DNA from: an uncultured bacterium
Lineage (GTDB): Bacteria; Auribacterota; Erginobacteria; Erginobacterales; Erginobacteraceae
Direction: 5' to 3'
Assembly: GCA_963822585.1 (NCBI GenBank)
Contig: CAWGIE010000031.1
Location: 288,001-352,000, forward strand
Length of the DNA: 64,000 nt
The notes below the pieces were generated by a model that worked only from the letters and a program-made list of their open reading frames with translations, was not told the DNA's origin and searched no databases. Position numbers and translations under genes: made by a program. This document shows positions 52,801 to 60,677 of the stretch, piece by piece (the stretch's first letter is position 1; every line of letters begins with the position of its first letter).

Positions 52801-52878
52801 CTGGCCGCGATAACGCCATATCTCTACATGCTCGACATCTACACGCTCTTCGGCGACCCGGCATTGCCGTTAAAGTGA
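49825..52878 (+). CDS. C25 (gingipain/PorU-like) cysteine peptidase with N-terminal anchor and propeptide
   Basis: YIIITH, LLVGDG, SDNWY, PDMNIGRL, NYMGHG (His), TCLNG (Cys), YTLFGDP. Confidence 0.9.
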   Translation: MNNKRKATFLAILAGGLLTTGLLLLFDKPEQISPVTDPPSPPLKPAQTRATQPILTDSEPDAIVAGAVEKQIPTPSYLRQLAEFKKEEKTVGYRILREDETGLTLEISIPEYRLETVSAEGRPAQYQQVTIPGYLTLEEPGRPLIPVTAITIPLPGVESVEVSAETNLPVESGGEVILADAPSDRQNRREIERIWTEKTLADGRLLEVLPDRWRTFAEERRKALETEENVLDEGTGSTDVGDKSDALYPPQVVESSGPLWAGDEQFVNLRITPVQYSRSTGKLVSCDRVTIDVKYGAPIKTLPKGDQPDYGAQFALANSDAFKASVWRDGVHTITYQNLVDAGFNVGQDPRALRMYFMGQEISIYIYGQEDGSWDPGDYLDFYGQKNTGFYSQTNVYWLYQTSGTGSRMSEVSSPLCGRPSRQEHFLDALHLEKRVSYQPFLPVGANNDYWFWDYAGYTYGLDYPATITFTLAGVSDWEGTASFTGRYFGYTTYDAYNPDHHTRVYLNGLLLGDFTWDGQVSYTLQTDIPQSAFNEGTNTILTQEVNDLGLPITGEFIFIDNFDLTYYRDYESSADWLTFTASGKADYRIGGFSGDDLALYDITNTDAPQRITDFTVQTDGVNTLVFRKWDAVTKRYCAFCRTSSLTPTLTQNTPSDLPSPRVIDYIIITHPNFTAAIQPLAAFREETAHGDFRVETFEVQDIYNTFGFGNFTPYAIKYFLQYAYTDWDALTHPQYALLVGDGNYDYQNYLGLSLTNYVPPYMFHSQYMETASDNWYVSFIGEDRIPDMNIGRLCVTSFSETTQQAGRIIGYENGTDGLSWQDNILMVADNPDPAAGDFPADSNWLIANYIPPSFTAQTAYVPNLGVAGTRNAIINGCNSGKLLVNYMGHGATNTWSSPTIFSTTNIASLTNADRLNLLITPTCLNGYWCDTAGDCLAEAMTLTPKKGSIAAVSPSGLSLNTPARQLTGFLFQELLTNYYPCGPALTRAKIRLAAITPYLYMLDIYTLFGDPALPLK

Positions 52879-53083
52879 GGTGGGAGGCGGAGATTGAAAA
52901 TGCATTTCCAATATCCAACGGCCAATAACCACTATTCAAATGCAGATAACCAACGGTTGAAAATTGGAAGTTGGTCATTGGAAATCGGAAGTTAATTAGT
53001 GGTACCAGCAAAGGCCTCCACTGCCTACTGCCTATCGTAACGAAGTGAAGACCCCGACTGAAAGTCGGGGCTGCCTACTGCCC

Positions 53084-54097
53084 ATGACATCCCCCGAATC
53101 CCGTCTCCTCCGGCAACTCCTCCTCAACCTGGATGATCGAACCGCCGCCTCCCCCCTCCTTAAAACCGAAGGGATCGATTGGAACCGTTTTCAGGCCCTG
53201 GTAAGGAATCATCGCCTGGGGCCTCTTTTCCACCGGGGGTTCCCTCCTCTGCCCGCCATCCCTCCCGACGTACGCCGGGATTGGGAAGAGCTTTTCAACC
53301 GGCAGCTGGCCGGACTTGTCCTCTCGCAGAATATCCTGGAGCAGGTTCTCGCTTCCCTGGCCGCGGAAGGGATCGCGGTCCTGGTTTTAAAAGGAGCCCA
53401 TCTGAGAGAAGCGTACTATCCCCACCCGGTATTCCGTCCCGTCGATGACATCGATCTCCTGATCCATTCCGGAGATCGGGAGAAGGCCGGAAAACTGCTC
53501 CAGCGGCGGGACTTCCTGCCGGGGGAAGAAACCGCCACCGCGGATAAGTTCGCCCCGGCGGATTCATCGGTATTCATCGAAGTACACGTCAACCTGCAGA
53601 CGGCAGGGCGAAAAAACCCGTCTTTCGAGATTGAGATCGACGATTTCTGGGAGAACTCCCGCCAAACCCGGATCGCGGGCGCACCGGCCCGGGTGCTCAC
53701 ACCCGACCTCAATCTTCTTTACCTGGCCGCTCACCTCAGCCACCACGGTTTCGAACGGCTGATCTGGTTTTACGATCTCCACTTAATCATGGAAAAAGAG
53801 AAAACCCGGATTAACTGGGATTTTCTGATCGAGCGGGCAACACACTACCGATGCCGATCGCAGGTCTATTATCCACTTCTCATGACCGGCTTTTTCTTCG
53901 GGAAGCCGGCCCCTGCCGGAGTACTCAGCCGCCTTGCTCCCACCGCACCGAAAAAGCTCCTAACCCGCTTCTTCATCAACCCCGGCGCCGTTCTGGATGG
54001 CCGGATACCCGTCACCGGCTGGAAAGCCCTCCGCAACCGCTTCCTTCTCAACGACAATTGGTGGCTGGCATTGAAAAAGTTTTTTGCGAAGAATTAA
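53084..54097 (+). CDS. Nucleotidyltransferase family protein (NTP_transf_5-like)
   Basis: LVLKGAHL...Y..P..RPVDDIDLLI, IEVH, LIWFYDL. Confidence 0.85.
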   Translation: MTSPESRLLRQLLLNLDDRTAASPLLKTEGIDWNRFQALVRNHRLGPLFHRGFPPLPAIPPDVRRDWEELFNRQLAGLVLSQNILEQVLASLAAEGIAVLVLKGAHLREAYYPHPVFRPVDDIDLLIHSGDREKAGKLLQRRDFLPGEETATADKFAPADSSVFIEVHVNLQTAGRKNPSFEIEIDDFWENSRQTRIAGAPARVLTPDLNLLYLAAHLSHHGFERLIWFYDLHLIMEKEKTRINWDFLIERATHYRCRSQVYYPLLMTGFFFGKPAPAGVLSRLAPTAPKKLLTRFFINPGAVLDGRIPVTGWKALRNRFLLNDNWWLALKKFFAKN

Positions 54098-54263
54098 TAT
54101 GCTATACTTAGATAATAGAGGCTGAGTTGATCGGGGAATGGAATGATTTTGAGGAGATGGCCGGAGAAATTGAAGAAGTAATTGAATCCCGACAGCTTGA
54201 AGAAGATGGGTGCCACGTATCCTCTTGAAAGTGATGCTATATCCAATCTAAAGAGATGAACCA

Positions 54264-54548
54264 ATGAAAAGGATATACCAGAAGAACCCCGACGTGGTCT
54301 ATCGCGTCATCGCCGGGGAGGCGATCCTCCTTCCGATCACCCGGGAGACCCAGGCGGCGGGAAGGATGCTCACCCTCAACGAGGTCGGGGCCTTCATTTG
54401 GGAACGGCTGGACGGGAAACGGACACTTTCGGAGATCGCCGGGGAGATCGGTGAAGAATACGAGGTGGAAGAGGAGACCGCCGAGAAGGACCTTCGGGAA
54501 CTGATCGAGAAACTGGAGAAGATGGGGGCGATCATTCCAACGACTTAA
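54264..54548 (+). CDS. Stand-alone PqqD-family RiPP recognition element
   Basis: YRVIAGEAILLP...LNEVGAFIWERLDGKRT..EI...I.EEYEV....AEKD..ELIE.L. Confidence 0.9.
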   Translation: MKRIYQKNPDVVYRVIAGEAILLPITRETQAAGRMLTLNEVGAFIWERLDGKRTLSEIAGEIGEEYEVEEETAEKDLRELIEKLEKMGAIIPTT

Positions 54549-54648
54549 AATCAGCCGCGAAGTATGCCCGGGGACGCCAACGGCGTCCAACATCATAGCC
54601 CGGGGTGCAACCCTGGGGATCGCCCCCCCCACCTCAACCCCCTACCCG

Positions 54649-54780
54649 CACCCCAACGGTGTAGCCTGCCCTGAGCGAAGTCGAAGGGCTACATCATTGA
54701 ATCGTGTAGCACATTCAGATGATTTTTCAGGGAAATGTAGCCCTTCGACTTCGCTCAGGGCAGGCTACCCCGTTGGGGTG
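54649..54780. repeat. 46-bp inverted repeat between convergent genes (REP-type, possible bidirectional terminator)
   Basis: CACCCCAACGG(T/G)GTAGCCTGCCCTGAGCGAAGTCGAAGGGCTACAT and its reverse complement, 1 mismatch. Confidence 0.8.
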
Positions 54781-54808
54781 GAATAAGCGGTGAAGAATCG
54801 AACATGTC

Positions 54809-55966
54809 TCAACAAAGTCTTTCATAAAGCGCCACCATCTCCTTCGCTTTCTCTTCCCAGGTGCAGTGCCGGGCGGTCTCCTTCCCGGCCTGCCCCATCG
54901 CTGGTCCGTTCCCGTCTTTGACGATGCGGTTGGCGAACTCGGCGATCTCCTCGCTGTCCTCCGGGTTCTCCAGCAGGTACCCCTCACTCCCCGGCGTGAT
55001 CAGTTCGGCCGATCCCACCCGGCGGCTGGTGATGACCGGCAGACCCGCCGCCATCGCCTCCAGGGCGGCGGTCCCGAACGGATCGAAGAGGGTGGGAAAA
55101 ATAAAGAGGTCGGCGGCGAAGAAGTAATCCCGACTCTCGCGGTAAACGGGGCCGGTAAAGGTTACCCGCTCCATTATTCCCAGCTCTTCCGTTATTTCCC
55201 GGCAGGTTCGCATCCCCCCCGTCCCTCCCACTGCGAGAAGCTTCACCCGCCGATCGATCAGGGGGATCGCCCGCAAAAGAAGGGGAAGCCCCTTCCGCCG
55301 GAAATCATACCCGACAAAGAGAGCGATCGTGTCTTCTTTGCCGAAGCCGAGACGTGACCGGAGGGCGGACCGACGCTCTTCCCGGTCCGGGGGGTTATAG
55401 TGATCGTAATCGACGCCGCCATGCACCGGGACGATATCGTCCGGCGGCAGGTTGTAGTAGCGGAGAATCTGTTCTTTTTCGAAACCGGAAGCGGGGACCA
55501 GCTTCCGGTAGAGTCGGCGGCCGTAAACGTGCCGTTCCAGCAGCCGCAGGAGCAGATGCTTCGGCGTCTGCTGGGAAAGACGTCCCGGAAGAGATTCTTT
55601 CGCCCGCTCCTCCATAACGGCCTTCTGGCACATAAGCTGGGTGATGAAAAGATTCCGGTCGGCGGCGAGGCCGTTATAGATATGGAGGATATCGGTCTCC
55701 GGTCCCAGGCGGCGGGCCAGGCGGGTGGCGCTGAGATAGTTGCAGATTACCCGGAGGGGAAAGAAAAAATCCAGCTTTTTAAGATGATACCCCCTGATCG
55801 GCGGAAGGGGATGGATCTCGATCTTGGCCGGAAGGTGCGGCTCCCAGGTATTCGCGTAAACTTCCACCCGGTGAAGGGGGGCGATGTACTTCACCATCGA
55901 CCAGAGCGTGAGACCGGCACCGGAGGTGGGGCTGAAATGCCCGGAAGAAATGTAGACAATCTTCAT
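54809..55966 (-). CDS. GT4 glycosyltransferase (WaaG/RfaG-like)
   Basis: FVGYDFRRKGL, FDPFGTAALEAMAAGLPVITS. Confidence 0.9.
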   Translation of the reverse strand: MKIVYISSGHFSPTSGAGLTLWSMVKYIAPLHRVEVYANTWEPHLPAKIEIHPLPPIRGYHLKKLDFFFPLRVICNYLSATRLARRLGPETDILHIYNGLAADRNLFITQLMCQKAVMEERAKESLPGRLSQQTPKHLLLRLLERHVYGRRLYRKLVPASGFEKEQILRYYNLPPDDIVPVHGGVDYDHYNPPDREERRSALRSRLGFGKEDTIALFVGYDFRRKGLPLLLRAIPLIDRRVKLLAVGGTGGMRTCREITEELGIMERVTFTGPVYRESRDYFFAADLFIFPTLFDPFGTAALEAMAAGLPVITSRRVGSAELITPGSEGYLLENPEDSEEIAEFANRIVKDGNGPAMGQAGKETARHCTWEEKAKEMVALYERLC

Positions 55967-56064
55967 TATCGATTACGGCCGATTGAAAGGGTACATGCTT
56001 GACCCGAATTTTTCATGATTCGATGTGTCTTTTTACCGTCCTCGTCCGCCGAAAAGGAATATTT

Positions 56065-57567
56065 TTATTCCCGGCGGGGAGAGAGCAGGTATATCCATCC
56101 GTCCTCGAACTCCATTGCCCGGAAGGGACTGTTCCAGATGATATCCGGAGGCTGGATTAAATATATCCGGTGAGTTTTTTTGAACCAGACGAACGCTTTA
56201 ATCCCCTCTTCTTCAAACCGGGCCGATTCCGGAGAGATCTCCGACTTTCCGGGTAGATAGCGGGGATAGATCCGGTGCCATAACCAGAACGGTTCCGGAT
56301 CGGTCACCAGGATCTCCGCGGGCTTAAACCGATCAACGGCAAAAGCCAGGGTGGGACTGGATTTCCAATCAAAATATCCTTTCGTTCCTTTCCGCAACAT
56401 TCCTGCTTCACCGATACCCCGGATGATAATCCATACCACCCAGAGAAAGTAGAGAATGATCGTATATACCTTCCTATTTCTCCGGAGGGAGGTTTGGACC
56501 GTCCCTCGTGCCGGGAGAGTGGCCATCATGAGCGCGAACATAATAACCAGAGGGGAAAATAACCGTCTATCAACCACCGCGGGGTTAATGAACGTGCAGA
56601 TGAAGATAACCGAAATCAGATATCCGACTGTCAATAAAAAGTTGATCAGATAAACCGCGGCATCCATTCGGAATTTCCGGCCCGAGAGCAGATGCTTATA
56701 CCGTAATACAGCGGTTATAACCAGACCGGCCAGAGGGGCGTATATGAACGCGGCCCATGGCAGCGGAGGTCTTTTGATGCCCAGAATGATCTCCCACCAG
56801 CTCAAAGAGGCCAGGATGGAATTCCCTTTCAAAGTCCCTGAACCCCTGACGGCGACAACCAGGTTTTTAGTCAACAACCAGTTTCTTACCAGCCACGGAC
56901 CGAAGATGAGAAGGGATATCAGGATGGAGAACCCGAGAAGAATAACAGCCTTCCGGGGGGAAATCCGGCGGACAAGAAGTAAAAGGATGAACGGGGAGCT
57001 TACCAGGAAGGCGATAAAAGCGTATCGGACCAGAACCGCCAGACCTAAAGTAATGCCAAGGCAGATCGCGGCTTGCTTCCCGGGGTTTTTTATTAATTTC
57101 AGAATAAAATAATTTATGGCAATCACGAACAACCAGGATAATGGCTCTGATAATACCACCCCGATGAAATTTAAGAGTACGGGGTGCAAACCTACCACCG
57201 CTTCCGCGGCCAGGGCTAAAATAAAAGAAGCGGTATATCTCCGGACAAAAGCAGCCGTTCCCACCAAGAGAAGAAAATAACAGATCAGACTGACAATTTG
57301 AGCGGACGCCAGCCAGTTCAAACCCAACCAGATCGGGACAGCGAGAACCATAATGTATCCCGGCGCCGCGATCGTGTTGGGAATCGTATCGGGTGAACAA
57401 GCAACGGTAATTTCATGCAATTCGGTTAAATTCACGGCCGAATTCAAATACTTGGCGCCATCCGGTCCCACCCTCATGCCATCGGATATCATCGGATAGA
57501 GAACGAAGCCTGAAAGAAGAAGAGCCAAAGCCGTGGCGGCGGATAAAAAAATATATTTCTTGCTCAT
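56065..57567 (-). CDS. GT-C membrane glycosyltransferase-like protein
   Basis: PDGAKY, APGY, LSEPL, LVRY, PWLVRN; ATGA-coupled start at 57567. Confidence 0.7.
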   Translation of the reverse strand: MSKKYIFLSAATALALLLSGFVLYPMISDGMRVGPDGAKYLNSAVNLTELHEITVACSPDTIPNTIAAPGYIMVLAVPIWLGLNWLASAQIVSLICYFLLLVGTAAFVRRYTASFILALAAEAVVGLHPVLLNFIGVVLSEPLSWLFVIAINYFILKLIKNPGKQAAICLGITLGLAVLVRYAFIAFLVSSPFILLLLVRRISPRKAVILLGFSILISLLIFGPWLVRNWLLTKNLVVAVRGSGTLKGNSILASLSWWEIILGIKRPPLPWAAFIYAPLAGLVITAVLRYKHLLSGRKFRMDAAVYLINFLLTVGYLISVIFICTFINPAVVDRRLFSPLVIMFALMMATLPARGTVQTSLRRNRKVYTIILYFLWVVWIIIRGIGEAGMLRKGTKGYFDWKSSPTLAFAVDRFKPAEILVTDPEPFWLWHRIYPRYLPGKSEISPESARFEEEGIKAFVWFKKTHRIYLIQPPDIIWNSPFRAMEFEDGWIYLLSPRRE

Positions 57568-59303
57568 TTTTCCGATCCCCCGATCTTTTTCAACCGGATC
57601 AGATCGAACCATTGATTGGAGAACAGTACACTGCCCCGCGTCTGAAATGCCTGCTTTAGTTCCGCGGCTGCCGCCGAGTTTTTTCTGAGAAGTATAAATC
57701 CAACCCGATATTTATTAATAATTTCTTCTCGGTCGCTTTCGGTCGCCGTCTTGCTGAAGAAGGATAAGACGTCCTGTCTCCTCCTGGCGTCATCACGGAC
57801 AAAGGCGATCGGCTTGGGGGTGGCCACCACCTTACCCCCGAAGGTGGGTATCGGCCCCGCATCTTCGAGTTCCGCCAATATCACGTCACGCGGGCCAGTG
57901 TAATTTTGGAGGAATAGGTATTGATCAATGACGCTCTCCTGTCCGGGACGGCATCTTCCCAGGAACGGACCGATCATGTGCCGGAAGGAAAGGCCAAAAA
58001 GAGCGAGCACTATCAAACCGGCATATCCCAGCTTCAGGATCGAAGGGGGAACGCGGTGAAAAGACAACCGGGATTCGATCCCGGAAATCCAGTCGGCGAT
58101 TGTTATCTGCAGTATGATGAGAACGTATGAGATCACGCGCCCGTACCCCCATTTTGCGGTCATCCCGCCATAGATGTAAACGAGGGAAAGTCCGATAAAC
58201 ATCAGACCCAGCGGGTCCAGCCGGTTGCGCTTGAATCGCCAGATAATGATCGGAAGACCGAGCAGGGCCGGGTAGATTCGTTCCACCAGCCCGGAGTACA
58301 GGATACGATTCCCTTCCCCATGCAGGGACGACTCTCCGAATAGAAGCCGGAAAAAGGGGAAATAGGGCCAGGCGGCATTCAGAACGAAGGCGAGGAGAAA
58401 GACGCCGGCCAGGATGAGGTAATCCTGGAGGGGGAGCAGTCTGATTCCCAGTGACAGTGAAATCAGGCCGATCATTAAAAACACGAAACTGAGCGGGTGG
58501 GTCGAGAGGACGAGGGCAACCACCGCGGCGATGGGAACAAACCAGATCCGGCGGCCGGTATTAATGAGAAGAATAAACATCGCGAAAGCCAGAAAGACCA
58601 GGGAGATGGCAAAGGTAGAGGGATACGGCAAAACGTACCCGAAAACCCTCAGGTGAAAGAATCCACTCCACCACCAGGGATATCGACCCCAGAGAAGCAA
58701 TACGAACAGCAGAGCATAAAATGCCGTCTCGGAGCGTTTGAGTAAAAGTGTGATAAAGATATGAAAAGAAAACAAAAAGAGGATGAGATTGCCGAGCCCC
58801 GCTACGGCAAGCACCGTTAGCGGGGAGATCCCCGTAAACCGGGAAAAAAGAGCTAACCCCACCGTGTAGAGTGAATAAAAAGCACTCGGCGCGTCGAGCA
58901 AAAGCCGTGGATGAGATGGACTTAATGGGTTGGCGGCCAGCTCCTTGATCGCGGCGCTGTGGACCCAGAAATCCGCCTGCCAGGGGTTGTTAAGCGTGTG
59001 CAACCCCATGAGCAGTATTAAGATGAAAGATAAAATGAGATATCTATATCTAAGCAGGAAAGAAACGGTGGATTCCCTTATTCCAGGACCAGTGGAGCAA
59101 TTTATTTTGCTGGTTCTCTTCCATTTTGTGTGGGCGGTTATTATACTCAAAAAGTGCGGATAATCACCTTCTGGCGCTATTTTGGAGTGCATTGACCGTG
59201 TCAATGCATGCAGCGACATGGTCGCTGCACTCCATAAGAACCATAATCTACCCACACAAAATGGAAGAGAACCATTTTTCTCAATCTCATAACAGGACTT
59301 CAT
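57564..59303 (-). CDS. Polytopic membrane protein (GT-C-like) with an in-frame MITE near the N-terminus
   Basis: DFWVHSAAI, ~11 TM segments, extracytoplasmic C-terminal domain. Confidence 0.65.
   Translation of the reverse strand: MKSCYEIEKNGSLPFCVGRLWFLWSAATMSLHALTRSMHSKIAPEGDYPHFLSIITAHTKWKRTSKINCSTGPGIRESTVSFLLRYRYLILSFILILLMGLHTLNNPWQADFWVHSAAIKELAANPLSPSHPRLLLDAPSAFYSLYTVGLALFSRFTGISPLTVLAVAGLGNLILFLFSFHIFITLLLKRSETAFYALLFVLLLWGRYPWWWSGFFHLRVFGYVLPYPSTFAISLVFLAFAMFILLINTGRRIWFVPIAAVVALVLSTHPLSFVFLMIGLISLSLGIRLLPLQDYLILAGVFLLAFVLNAAWPYFPFFRLLFGESSLHGEGNRILYSGLVERIYPALLGLPIIIWRFKRNRLDPLGLMFIGLSLVYIYGGMTAKWGYGRVISYVLIILQITIADWISGIESRLSFHRVPPSILKLGYAGLIVLALFGLSFRHMIGPFLGRCRPGQESVIDQYLFLQNYTGPRDVILAELEDAGPIPTFGGKVVATPKPIAFVRDDARRRQDVLSFFSKTATESDREEIINKYRVGFILLRKNSAAAAELKQAFQTRGSVLFSNQWFDLIRLKKIGGSEK
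59112..59273. mobile_element. 162-bp MITE-like element with perfect TIRs, enclosing a REP (TGGAGTGC..GCACTCCA)
   Basis: GGTTCTCTTCCATTTTGTGTGGG / CCCACACAAAATGGAAGAGAACC. Confidence 0.8.
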
Positions 59304-59384
59304 TATTATTCTTACGGTATATCGCCGCTATCCATACCGATTCCGCCATTGTTCAAAATCAACCCGATTTATGAATAAATCGGG

Positions 59385-60557
59385 TTAATCACAGATCCAT
59401 TTTTGAATTCTTTCGATTAAATGACGGGCGAATCTGTCCGATCCCGCCTGGTTCCAGTGACCGTCATGGGGGAAGAAGCAACTACGGATTTCTTTTTCGT
59501 TCATCCCCGAAAAAGCGGAACTCCCATCGATAAAGACCGCATCCAGCATCCTGGCAAAGAGAAGCACGTCTTTCGGAGGAGGGGCGCCATCGATCAGGCT
59601 CTCTCGCGAAGAGATGTTAATGACCAGAACCGGCAGATTATTGACCCGGGCAAACGAGGCCATCTCTTCGATAAGCCGAACCTGCCCGGGTTGAAAACGG
59701 CCGGGGCCGGCCTCGTCTCCGGCATTCTTTGCCGCAGGAGAAAACAGGGTAGAGACGGCCTGTCCTCCTCTTCTCCCCAGCCAGAGTAATTTTAATAATA
59801 AATACGGCCGCCAGGGCCGGGGAAGGTCGGGATGGGCTTTACTTTCCAGGGCGGCCGTAAATTCTTCATCCGAAAGAATATGCGTGGACGGTACCGGCTT
59901 CAAATATTCACGGGCTTCTTCCTGATTTTTTGGCCAGTCAACCGGATTCCACGAATCCGTTCGTCCGAACATGTGTTGTTGATAGCCGCGGTGTTCGGTT
60001 ATGGAGAATTTCCGCTGGAGATCGTTCTCATAGACCGCGAAAATGATTCCGTCGATTTCAAAATGCTCCTCCCGGACAACCCGGATTAAAATGCTCCACC
60101 AGTTGGCCAAACCGGCGCCATCGATTGATAAGTTCAACAGATCCAGAGGACATTCCGTCTTCCGGGACAGATCCTCCACCACATCCGGCCAGTTCTTCTC
60201 CAGGTACTGGGCGACGGTGAAGGAATCGCCGCAGATAGCGATTCTCCGTCTTCCCGAGGAACCGCGGGACGGCTGAAAATCATCACGATCGGGGAACCCC
60301 CGGTTATTTCCCCGGATCATTCCCGCGTACTCTACCTCCCCGCGGGTAATCCGGGCAAAACGGGACGGCAGGGGAGTGAGGTAAACACCCAGAACCGGGT
60401 CGAAATGAACGGTCTTGCCCGATTCCTGGAACAACCAGGAGGTATCGGGCCGTTCGATGACGCCATAACGGTAGAAAAGAGTGTATCCGACCTCCAGTAA
60501 GAGATATGACATTATCAGGCAAATAAGAATGAACAGTATTTTTTTCTTCAATCCCAT
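59385..60557 (-). CDS. Membrane-anchored SGNH-like protein
   Basis: NNRGFPD, CGDSFT, NLSIDG, HDGHWNQAG; start set at MGLKKK (60557). Confidence 0.75.
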   Translation of the reverse strand: MGLKKKILFILICLIMSYLLLEVGYTLFYRYGVIERPDTSWLFQESGKTVHFDPVLGVYLTPLPSRFARITRGEVEYAGMIRGNNRGFPDRDDFQPSRGSSGRRRIAICGDSFTVAQYLEKNWPDVVEDLSRKTECPLDLLNLSIDGAGLANWWSILIRVVREEHFEIDGIIFAVYENDLQRKFSITEHRGYQQHMFGRTDSWNPVDWPKNQEEAREYLKPVPSTHILSDEEFTAALESKAHPDLPRPWRPYLLLKLLWLGRRGGQAVSTLFSPAAKNAGDEAGPGRFQPGQVRLIEEMASFARVNNLPVLVINISSRESLIDGAPPPKDVLLFARMLDAVFIDGSSAFSGMNEKEIRSCFFPHDGHWNQAGSDRFARHLIERIQKWICD

Positions 60558-60677
60558 ACCCGGCCCCGGATGCTTAGTGCACCATTTCATAAATACGGTG
60601 GCATTCGGCCGTCGATGCATCCCGGTCTGCGGCGTTGCTCGTCGGTCAAATACTGCTAGATGAAAAGATGCACTTAG

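Noticed and set aside
46807..54548. PQQ biosynthesis or a classical lasso peptide cluster
   Set aside because: No pqqB/pqqC and no ExxxY PqqA core; no lasso cyclase or B2 protease, and the core lacks a ring-forming Asp/Glu.
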